Shown here in pieces: positions 1 through 6,415 of a stretch of DNA of 12,734 nucleotides. Position 1 is the first letter of the stretch, and the number at the start of each line of letters is the position of its first letter. Source of the DNA: an uncultured bacterium (GTDB taxonomy: Bacteria > Abyssobacteria > SURF-5); contig CAZEBC010000034.1 of the NCBI GenBank assembly GCA_964510165.1, forward strand, positions 14,059 to 26,792, read 5' to 3'. The notes under the pieces were generated by a model that made no database searches, was not told the DNA's origin, and saw nothing but the letters and a program-made list of their open reading frames with translations. The position numbers and the translations under genes are program-made.

Positions 1-971
1 TTGATGGCCCCGCTCGGACACACCCCCGCGCATAGCCCGCAGCCGAGACACTTATCGCCGTTGACTTCGGCGGCCTCCTTGAGAGTGATCGCGCCGACCG
101 GACAGCGCGCCACGCACAACTCGCACGCCACGCACGCAGCCTCCTCCACCGACGCCTCGAACAGCGCGTTCATATACTTGCGCTTGTCATAGCCGTGCTG
201 CGTGATGCCCTTCATCGAGACGCAGCAGCACGGACAGCAATTGCAGATGTTGGACAGATGCTTCGTGTTCGCGCCCGCGTGCACCAGGCCGGCCTTGTCG
301 GTTTCCTCGATGATCCGGATCGCCTCATCCGCCGTTATCTCGCGGCCCATCCCGTTCTCGATGTAATACTCTGCGGCGACCCCGAAGCTGAGACACGTCT
401 CCATCGGTAGCTCGCAGCCGTGCCCTAGCAGCTTCGCCTCCTTGCGGCACACGCACTCGGCGACGGCGATTTTCCTCGCCGTCCTGATGCTCTCTTTGAG
501 CTTATGGAATGGGAACAGCGTCGTGCCGGGCCGTATGTTCTCCTCGACGGGGACCACCTTAAATCCCGGCACATTGCTCGCGCCCACCTCGTCCATCTGA
601 GCGGCGTCGTAGAATTGCTTGAACAGCGCGGCGAGTTCCGTGTCGATCTTCTTGACCGAATACTCGTACAGCCCGATCATGAACGGCGCCGCGTTGTAGC
701 GGGTTTCGCCCCGACGGCGTATCCGGAAGACCAGCCCTTTCTTCGACATGGACTCGAGCGCGGGCGCAAGCTCTTCCTCGCTCAGGCCCGTCCGCTCGGC
801 GATCTGCGAAGCCGTCTCCGGCATCGGCATGAGCAGCGTCGCCACCCGCGCCTCCTCCTCCGTGAACAATCGCCTCAGTATCTCAATCTCCACCCCCGAC
901 TCCGTCTTCGGAAACCCGATCGGGAACTGGTCAAGAAACTCCCGGAGCTTGATATAAGGTGTTTCGTGCAT
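1..971 (-). CDS. Cys-rich 4Fe-4S binding protein: probable N-terminal winged-helix-like region, CxCR...CNCCPCCC domain and two ferredoxin motifs; runs off the left edge (3' partial)
   Basis: Translated manually (absent from the ORF track because the stop lies outside the window). ATG at 971 follows GAAAGG. Starts MHETPYIKLREFLDQFPIGFPKTESGVEIEILRRLFTEEEA, contains ECVCRKEAKLLGHGC, NICNCCPCCC, CVACELCVARCP and CLGCGLCAGVCP. Open for 323 codons. Confidence 0.9.
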   Translation of the reverse strand, partial: MHETPYIKLREFLDQFPIGFPKTESGVEIEILRRLFTEEEARVATLLMPMPETASQIAERTGLSEEELAPALESMSKKGLVFRIRRRGETRYNAAPFMIGLYEYSVKKIDTELAALFKQFYDAAQMDEVGASNVPGFKVVPVEENIRPGTTLFPFHKLKESIRTARKIAVAECVCRKEAKLLGHGCELPMETCLSFGVAAEYYIENGMGREITADEAIRIIEETDKAGLVHAGANTKHLSNICNCCPCCCVSMKGITQHGYDKRKYMNALFEASVEEAACVACELCVARCPVGAITLKEAAEVNGDKCLGCGLCAGVCPSGAI

Positions 972-1018
972 GACTATGCCTTTCGTGCGATAATAGTCCA
1001 GCGGATTCGCTGACGTCT

Positions 1019-1047
1019 ATTCTATCTGGAAAAGAGACAAGACACAA
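1019..1047 (-). promoter_or_regulatory. Putative sigma70 promoter for the Fe-S protein gene
   Basis: Minus strand TTGTGT (1047-1042), 17-nt spacer, TAGAAT (1024-1019). A short hairpin CAGCG-AATC-CGCTG (999-1012) lies in the 5' UTR. Confidence 0.55.
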
Positions 1048-1073
1048 CTCTTTGCAAAGGTGATACTCACACC

Positions 1074-1164
1074 AACCACCAAGGCACAAAGCGCACAAAG
1101 AATTCGGGAAACTATCTTGGTGAGTCATTGTCCCGCGAAACGCGGGAGTGATTACGTGGTGGTT
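1074..1164. repeat. Composite palindromic repeat: imperfect inverted repeat built of CACMAAG units with a nested perfect hairpin
   Basis: AACCACCA (1074-1081) pairs with TGGTGGTT (1157-1164). Left arm CACCAAG-CACAAAG-CACAAAG, right arm CTTGGTG..., internal TCCCGCG-AAA-CGCGGGA (1131-1147). Confidence 0.6.
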
Positions 1165-1188
1165 AGAAAATACTACTCCAGGTATTCC

Positions 1189-2616
1189 TCAAAAATACTG
1201 CGGCAGGTACTCGCGCGTGGCCTCGAGCATCTCGTCAAGCATCTTCTTCGCATCGTCGAAATCGCGCGTGAGCGGATCGTTCAGCAACACCTGCAGCGCC
1301 GCCCGCCGGTCTCCCGCGAGCGCCGCCTCGACAATCATCTCCTGGTTCGCGACGTGCCGGGCCAGCAGGCTCTGCACGGCGGGCGGAAGCTCGCCCATCG
1401 CAAATGGATGAATCCCGCTCGCGTCAACGAGCGCCATTGATTCCACCACGGCCTGTTTCGGCAGGTTGGCGATCTGATGCAGGTTTGGCCGGTTGACTAT
1501 CGCTTGGATCGGCCGGCCGCCGGAAAGCGCCACGATTATGTCCGACGCCATCTCCTCCGACCGCTCCATCGGCAACGGGATTTTGCCCGCGTTCCACCAA
1601 TCGCACCAGTTCTTGTACATCGCGCGGCTGTCGCGCTGCCACTCGATGGTGTACGGCGTGACGCCGAACCGTTCGGCGGCATATTTCTCATCGTGCAACA
1701 GGTACGGGAAAAACTCCGCCAGGTGCCTGTCACCGGCGGCGGGCAAGCAGCCGTAGATCGGGAACAACTCCAGCTTAAGCCGATGATTTTGGAGCATGAG
1801 CGCCAAGTCTCCCGGCTCGCGGCTTTTCTTGCCGGGCGGAGGCGGCATTTTCTTTGTGAACCGTTCCGGGTCCTCGAGGAATTGCCCCAGCATCTCCAAT
1901 CCGTCCTTTCCGCGCACCGTGAGGCCGGTCATCCAGATGCAATGATTGATGCCGCCGACCTCGACGTTCATCTCGCGTTGCCACAGATGCCGGCCCGAGG
2001 CATCGAGCATCCGCTCGACGCCCATCTGGCTTTCCGGCGCGAGATTGCTCTGGTCCTCGAGCCCGAATATCTCGAGCAACAGTTCCATCGTGCCGAACAG
2101 TTCGTGACACAGGCCGACGGTCTTGAGCGAAGTCTCGCGCAGAAACGTGCGCGTGATGACGGTCATCGGGTTGCTGAGGTTGAGCATCCAGGCGTTTGGG
2201 CAATACTGCTCCATGAGGCGGCCGATCTCGATTATCGCGGGGACGTTCCGCAACGCGCGCACCAGGCCGCCCGGCCCGACGGTGTCGCCGACCGTCTGGA
2301 AGATTCCGTACTTTGCCGGTATCGCCAGGTCGTGCTCCATCATGTCGTAGCCGCCCGTCGTGATCGAAAGGATGGCGAAATCGGCGCCGCTGAACGCCTC
2401 CCGCGGGTCCGTCGTTGCCTTGACCTTGAAGTCCGTACCCATCGCGTCCGCGATCTTCCGCATCAGCTTGCGCATCGCCGGAAGCGGTTTCGGATCGATA
2501 TCATATAGGACGAAGGTGCTCCCGCGAAGGTGCTCGTGCGACATCAGGTCGCGCCCGATGACGGGCGTCCATTGATAGCTGCCTCCTCCTATCATCACTA
2601 TTTTCGGCGTAGCCAA
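1189..2616 (-). CDS. Family 4 glycoside hydrolase (NAD+/Mn2+-dependent), alpha-galacturonidase (LplD)-like or alpha-galactosidase-like
   Basis: Rossmann motif KIVMIGGGS, QTVGDTVGPGGLVRALR, NLSNPM, GLCHE (metal Cys), GINH, AAGDRHLAEF, C-terminal ALQVLLNDPL. Probable start TTG at 2616, 7 nt after GGAGGA; the ORF track's GTG at 2631 overlaps that RBS. Confidence 0.93.
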   Translation of the reverse strand: MATPKIVMIGGGSYQWTPVIGRDLMSHEHLRGSTFVLYDIDPKPLPAMRKLMRKIADAMGTDFKVKATTDPREAFSGADFAILSITTGGYDMMEHDLAIPAKYGIFQTVGDTVGPGGLVRALRNVPAIIEIGRLMEQYCPNAWMLNLSNPMTVITRTFLRETSLKTVGLCHELFGTMELLLEIFGLEDQSNLAPESQMGVERMLDASGRHLWQREMNVEVGGINHCIWMTGLTVRGKDGLEMLGQFLEDPERFTKKMPPPPGKKSREPGDLALMLQNHRLKLELFPIYGCLPAAGDRHLAEFFPYLLHDEKYAAERFGVTPYTIEWQRDSRAMYKNWCDWWNAGKIPLPMERSEEMASDIIVALSGGRPIQAIVNRPNLHQIANLPKQAVVESMALVDASGIHPFAMGELPPAVQSLLARHVANQEMIVEAALAGDRRAALQVLLNDPLTRDFDDAKKMLDEMLEATREYLPQYF

Positions 2617-2651
2617 GGCATAGTCCTCCACGTTGAAGAATTCCCATACTT

Positions 2652-2703
2652 GTAGGGGCGCCCCTATGTGGGCGACCGGGCAGCCACATAGGGCTGCCCC
2701 TGC
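2652..2703. repeat. Inverted doublet of GTAG-type REP elements (REPIN-like)
   Basis: GTAGGGGCGCCCCTATGTGGGCGACC (2652-2677) and, on the minus strand, GCAGGGGCAGCCCTATGTGGCTGCCC (2703-2678). They match at 20/26 and each is internally palindromic around CTATGT. Confidence 0.75.
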
Positions 2704-2733
2704 GTTGGAATCTGTTCAGGGATAAACGGCGGC

Positions 2734-2762
2734 ATTCTATCAGAACGAGATTGCGGAATCAA
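2734..2762 (-). promoter_or_regulatory. Putative sigma70 promoter for the GH4 gene
   Basis: Minus strand TTGATT (2762-2757), 17-nt spacer, TAGAAT (2739-2734), with an extended -10 TG. Confidence 0.65.
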
Positions 2763-2790
2763 GGCGGGGTAGGAGGCGGGCGGTGCGGAA

Positions 2791-3942
2791 CTACATGCCT
2801 TCCATTCCGAGCAGATGCCCGAAGACGACCAGTCTCAGGACGCGCCCGACGTAACTCGCGAAAAACGCCAGCATCCAGGCGAAGAAAAAGTCGTACCCGT
2901 ACGCGCTCATCAGCACGATGATATTCAGGGCGACGCCCCAAATGAAATAGGCGATCAGCAGGAGCACTACAATGCCCACGATTGAAGGCGCCGAGGAGGC
3001 GAAGAGGGCGGCCCCGACGATGAAGATGATGAGCGAGTACGTCACCAGCCTGACCACGGATTGGACGAACGCGAAGTAAACCGTCAACGTCACGAAATTC
3101 GCCTCGTCCGTTGCGAAATAGTTGACGATGGCGATGCTGAAGGAGTAAAGCAGCAGGTCCAGAATCGTGAACAATACGGTGGAACCCGCGCCGGCCGTCG
3201 CGTACTGTTGCACTCCGATCAACGTCCACAATAACCCGCCGGGCATTCGTCCCGTGATTCGGTCCCCGATAAGCATGAATACGATAATGGGAACAAGGCT
3301 GACGAAGTAGAACAATACCACCTTCAGAATTCCGCCCGGCGCGTTCAGGTAATCGTCAAATTCATCGAGCGTCTGCACGGGGTGGAATATGAGGTTGACC
3401 ATATAGTAGAAGAGGCTCTTGTGTTCCGCCTCTCCCTCGAACTTGACCTGCGGCATGACCATCGGCTCGCCCGGCATCGGCGCAAAGTCCGGAGGCAATG
3501 CGTCGTGCGCCCCGATGGGGGTATGATATTCCCGGAGCGCCGAGGGGGATTCGTCGCTGTAATCGAAGGCCTCCTCCGCCTTGATCATGTGATGGAACGC
3601 GGGCGTTTCGCCCTCATCCCGGAGGACGAATTCGTCTTCGACTTCGGCAGGAAGCGGAGGAGGTTCCTCACGGCGCTGCAATTCCCGCTCCTGCTCGGGG
3701 GTTATCCCAAGCATTCGCTTGCGCGCACGGAACTCTTCCTTGGCAAGCTCCATCAGGCGAAGCTTTTCCTGATGAACCTCGTGGCGGTACTTGTCTCTCT
3801 TGGCCTCGACCGAAATGTTCTCTCGGGCGACTCGTTCCTTGATCTTGCGCTTGCTGCCATCGAGCTCGCGCTGCATCCGCTCCTTGATTTCGCGGCGAAT
3901 GGCAGCCTTCTTCTTCTTCAGCTCCTCATAGTCAATGGCCAT
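2791..3942 (-). CDS. Membrane protein with a charged N-terminal coiled coil, a Pro/acidic linker and a C-terminal Yip1-like domain of about 5 TM helices
   Basis: ATG at 3942 follows GAGGG. About 95 aa of K/R/E-rich helix, then EPPPLPAEVEDE..., then YYMVNLIFHPVQTLDEF (resembles the Yip1 N-terminal 'l..P..tf' segment) and hydrophobic helices. The Yip1 label is a pattern-based guess. Confidence 0.75.
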   Translation of the reverse strand: MAIDYEELKKKKAAIRREIKERMQRELDGSKRKIKERVARENISVEAKRDKYRHEVHQEKLRLMELAKEEFRARKRMLGITPEQERELQRREEPPPLPAEVEDEFVLRDEGETPAFHHMIKAEEAFDYSDESPSALREYHTPIGAHDALPPDFAPMPGEPMVMPQVKFEGEAEHKSLFYYMVNLIFHPVQTLDEFDDYLNAPGGILKVVLFYFVSLVPIIVFMLIGDRITGRMPGGLLWTLIGVQQYATAGAGSTVLFTILDLLLYSFSIAIVNYFATDEANFVTLTVYFAFVQSVVRLVTYSLIIFIVGAALFASSAPSIVGIVVLLLIAYFIWGVALNIIVLMSAYGYDFFFAWMLAFFASYVGRVLRLVVFGHLLGMEGM

Positions 3943-3969
3943 AGTGAAGACCCTCAATATCTGAATATT

Positions 3970-3998
3970 ATCTTAACGCTTACTCGCCTGAAAAGCAA
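3970..3998 (-). promoter_or_regulatory. Putative sigma70 promoter for the Yip1-like gene
   Basis: Minus strand TTGCTT (3998-3993), 17-nt spacer, TAAGAT (3975-3970). Confidence 0.6.
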
Positions 3999-4055
3999 AG
4001 GAAACGCGGGAATCAAGAAGCCGTGCCCAAATTAGGATATGCGACAGAACCAGGT

Positions 4056-4124
4056 GTAGTTGCGAATTTATTCGCACGTCTTTCCGTGTGGTTTCACTTC
4101 ATGTGCGAATGAATTCGCGCCTGC
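4056..4124. repeat. Second inverted GTAG-type REP doublet, of a different sequence class
   Basis: GTAGTTGCGAATTTATTCGCAC (4056-4077) and minus-strand GCAGGCGCGAATTCATTCGCAC (4124-4103). They match at 18/22 with a 25-nt spacer, just downstream of the transporter stop. Confidence 0.7.
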
Positions 4125-4156
4125 CCAACTGCGGGACAACGCCAGAACCTCCGGAC

Positions 4157-5647
4157 TCAGGCTTTCTCTTTCAGGCGGAACAATTTGGAAAAGACAATCG
4201 CCATGACGAACGCCAGCAGCACCGCTCCCCAGCCTCCAATAAGCAGGCTCAGGCGCGAGTAATTTTCATAGGGGACCTTGATTCTCTCGATCAGCGTTGT
4301 CAGCATTATCACCAGCAGCACCCCGGGCGTTACGTATTTGATGCACACATTCCACCAGCGGCCCACGGAGAAATCGGACGTGCCGTTGATGAACTCCCGC
4401 ATCTTCTCCGCGCCAAAAAACCAGCCGATCGCGATGCACTCGAACAGTCCGAAGATGGTCAGCCCGAAATTGTTGATGTGGTGGTCCACGATGTCAAGCC
4501 AGTAAAGCCCGGCGTCGGTGCAAAACAGGAGCCCGCCCGTCATCGCGGCCAGGCACGTGGCCAGCGTGATGGCTTTGCGGGTGAACGGGGCGTAGTCGTG
4601 CAAGCCCGCCACCGACCCCTCGACCAGCGAAAACGCCGAATCTATCGCCAGAGTGATCAGCGTGAGGAAGAACAGAAATCCGAATACCCTTGGCAGAATC
4701 GGGAGCAGGCTGATGGCGGTCGGATACGTGACAAACGCGAGGCCCGGCCCGCTCGAAACAACTTGCGAGACGGCAACCCCTTTCTGCATCGCGAGAAAAC
4801 CGAGCACCGTGAACACTGCGAAGCCCGCGATGAAACTCACCGCCGCGTCCAGCGCGACCACCCACACGGCGTTCGCATTGATGTCGGAGCCTTTCGGCAG
4901 ATAGCTCGCGTATGCGGGCATCACGCCGAACGCCAGCGTTATGCTGAAAAACACCTGCGCGTAAGCCGCCAGCCATACGCGAGGCTCAGCCAGTTTATGC
5001 CAGTCGGGCCTGAGGTAAAAGGCCACGCCGTCCAGCGATCCCTCAAGCGTGAAGCCCCGTATCACAAACACGATGATGATCAAGACCGGCAGCGGCACCG
5101 TCCATTTCACCACTTCGCTCACGACCTTGGTGCCCTTGAAAATGGCGAGATAAATGCAAATCCAGGACACCACCGCCCCCGCCAGCACGGGGGGCACGAG
5201 CTTGTGTATCTCTTCCGGCGCGGACGAAATCTGAAGCACCCGCTGCATGAAATGGAACTCGGCGTTGGCGCCCCAAGCGAGCGTGAACGATTTGAACAGA
5301 TACACAAAGGCCCACCCCATCACTACCGCATAGAAACACACGATGATGAAGCCGTTGGCCAGCGTGCCCCACCCGATCCAGCGCATGCCGCGCCCGATCT
5401 TCTCCAATGCCGCCGGCGCGCCGCTGACATCGAACTTCCATCGCCCCATACAGCCCACCGCCATCTCAAGCACCAGCAGCGGAAAACCCGCCGTCACCAG
5501 CGCGATCAGCCAGGGGATCAGAAACACCGCTCCCCCGCTGTCATACACCACATAGGGGAATCTCCACAGATTGCCCAAACCGACTGCGCTGCCCACCGCC
5601 GCCAGCACAAACGTGGTTCGACTGCTCCACTGTTCCTCGGCTGTCAC
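4157..5647 (-). CDS. Sodium-dependent transporter, neurotransmitter:sodium symporter (NSS/SNF, LeuT/TnaT/MhsT-like) family; probably amino-acid uptake
   Basis: WSSRTTFVLAAVGSAVGLGNLWRFPY (TM1), GGAVFLIPW, AYAQVFFS (TM6), GPGLAFVTYP, LAIDSAFSLVE (TM8). Probable start GTG at 5647, 7 nt after GGAGGA, giving 496 aa. The ORF track's ATG at 5740 lies inside the predicted promoter. Confidence 0.95.
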   Translation of the reverse strand: MTAEEQWSSRTTFVLAAVGSAVGLGNLWRFPYVVYDSGGAVFLIPWLIALVTAGFPLLVLEMAVGCMGRWKFDVSGAPAALEKIGRGMRWIGWGTLANGFIIVCFYAVVMGWAFVYLFKSFTLAWGANAEFHFMQRVLQISSAPEEIHKLVPPVLAGAVVSWICIYLAIFKGTKVVSEVVKWTVPLPVLIIIVFVIRGFTLEGSLDGVAFYLRPDWHKLAEPRVWLAAYAQVFFSITLAFGVMPAYASYLPKGSDINANAVWVVALDAAVSFIAGFAVFTVLGFLAMQKGVAVSQVVSSGPGLAFVTYPTAISLLPILPRVFGFLFFLTLITLAIDSAFSLVEGSVAGLHDYAPFTRKAITLATCLAAMTGGLLFCTDAGLYWLDIVDHHINNFGLTIFGLFECIAIGWFFGAEKMREFINGTSDFSVGRWWNVCIKYVTPGVLLVIMLTTLIERIKVPYENYSRLSLLIGGWGAVLLAFVMAIVFSKLFRLKEKA

Positions 5648-5718
5648 TTTGCCATCCTCCGGTTGGATTTCCGCCGCCGAACGAGGCCTTGTTTCGGCCC
5701 CTCTATCCTTGAAAAACC

Positions 5719-5747
5719 ATGTTACCACAAAAGAGTGCATTCGTCAC
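5719..5747 (-). promoter_or_regulatory. Putative sigma70 promoter for the NSS transporter
   Basis: Minus strand GTGACG (5747-5742), 17-nt spacer, TAACAT (5724-5719), with an extended -10 TG. Confidence 0.5.
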
Positions 5748-5876
5748 GGGGAAGCGCGAAGGACGAAGAAACGGAGCTGTGTGGCAAAGTCCTTTCAACC
5801 AGGAACGGTAAACCGTAAACCACGCGCGACGTGTGGAACCGCGAAAGCATGCGAATAAACGCGAATGAAGGGGTGC

Positions 5877-5900
5877 GGGCGGTTTGAGAACCGCCCCAAC
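5877..5900 (-). repeat. Single REP-like palindrome
   Basis: Minus strand GTTG-GGGCGGTT-CTCA-AACCGCCC: a perfect 8-bp stem preceded by a GTAG-like tetranucleotide. Confidence 0.55.
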
Positions 5901-6021
5901 AAAAAGTAATGAGTAATATCAAGATATTTCTGCAAATTGCTCCGTTCTTCTGGCTGTGGCTCTGCTGGTCGGCGTTCTCCGATCTCTCTGTGGCTGATGT
6001 TTTTTCTGCGGCGGGGGGATG

Positions 6022-6050
6022 TTGCATTCTTGGGATATTTCTGGTAAGAT
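6022..6050 (+). promoter_or_regulatory. Putative sigma70 promoter for the dsrMK-like operon and its long leader
   Basis: TTGCAT (6022-6027), 17-nt spacer, TAAGAT (6045-6050), with an extended -10 TG, in a locally AT-rich patch. Confidence 0.7.
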
Positions 6051-6070
6051 ATGTTATAGATATGTGACAT
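6051..6070. promoter_or_regulatory. Imperfect palindrome over the predicted transcription start (candidate operator)
   Basis: ATGTTATAGATATGTGACAT is 14/20 self-complementary with ATGT...ACAT ends, directly after the -10 box. Confidence 0.4.
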
Positions 6071-6354
6071 ACAGCGGGTTCCGGTGGCGGCGCCAACCGT
6101 TGTGTGGTGAGGCGAGGGTCGCCGGAAGCGATTGTTACCCCCAATCGCGACCGCTCGGGTTTTCAAGGAGCGGATACGGCCTTCGTTCCCCCGATGTTGC
6201 AAATCTAGGAATGAAGGGGTTTCGTTGTGAAGTCCCGGATGCCATCCCTCGGGGCGACGGAACATGGTCAGGTTGTAGCTGAGGAGCCTGGCAACTGCAT
6301 TTCCTCTGGCGAGACACCGCAAAATACGTTAGAATTGTGGGCGGTCCGTTGTGT
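6069..6354 (+). ncRNA. Candidate structured 5' leader or cis-regulatory RNA of unknown family
   Basis: Six abutting stems (6079-6127, 6128-6148, 6151-6173, 6180-6217, 6219-6263, 6267-6292) plus a possible closing helix 6069-6078/6345-6354. Non-Watson-Crick pairs in these stems are G-U on the plus strand. Confidence 0.5.
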
Positions 6355-6415
6355 CCGGACCCGGGGCCGGCGGTCGGAGTTCGCCACGCATGAGGCCGTT
6401 TGAGGAGGAGAAAAG

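Noticed and set aside
4068-4139. Small minus-strand ORF (TTG after GGAGG) downstream of the NSS gene, considered as a MetS-like small subunit
   Set aside because: The 23-aa product is hydrophilic with no TM helix and runs through the REP doublet.
5782-5797. TGGCAAAGTCCTTTCA as a sigma54 promoter
   Set aside because: The -12 element lacks the conserved GC (TTTC instead of TTGC), and a good sigma70 promoter exists downstream.
4088-5818. 576-aa plus-strand ORF antisense to the NSS transporter
   Set aside because: Shadow ORF of a GC-rich gene. It is R/H/Q-rich with no motifs and no RBS, while the opposite strand carries a clear family signature.
6211-6282. Possible leader peptide MKGFRCEVPDAIPRGDGTWSGCS
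   Set aside because: AGGA abuts the ATG with no spacing, the start is buried in a stem, and there is no telling codon run. Not excluded without ribosome profiling.
6278-6325. GCTGAGGAGC...CTCTGGCGAGACACCGC faintly resembles a glycine riboswitch
   Set aside because: It lacks the CCGAAG and CTCTCAGG core elements and the tandem aptamer layout.
6369-6400. GGCGGTCGGAGTTCGCCA resembles the 5' half of a fluoride (crcB) riboswitch
   Set aside because: The GAUG core is altered, the downstream pseudoknot partner (TGACTCC-like) is absent, and the gene context does not fit.
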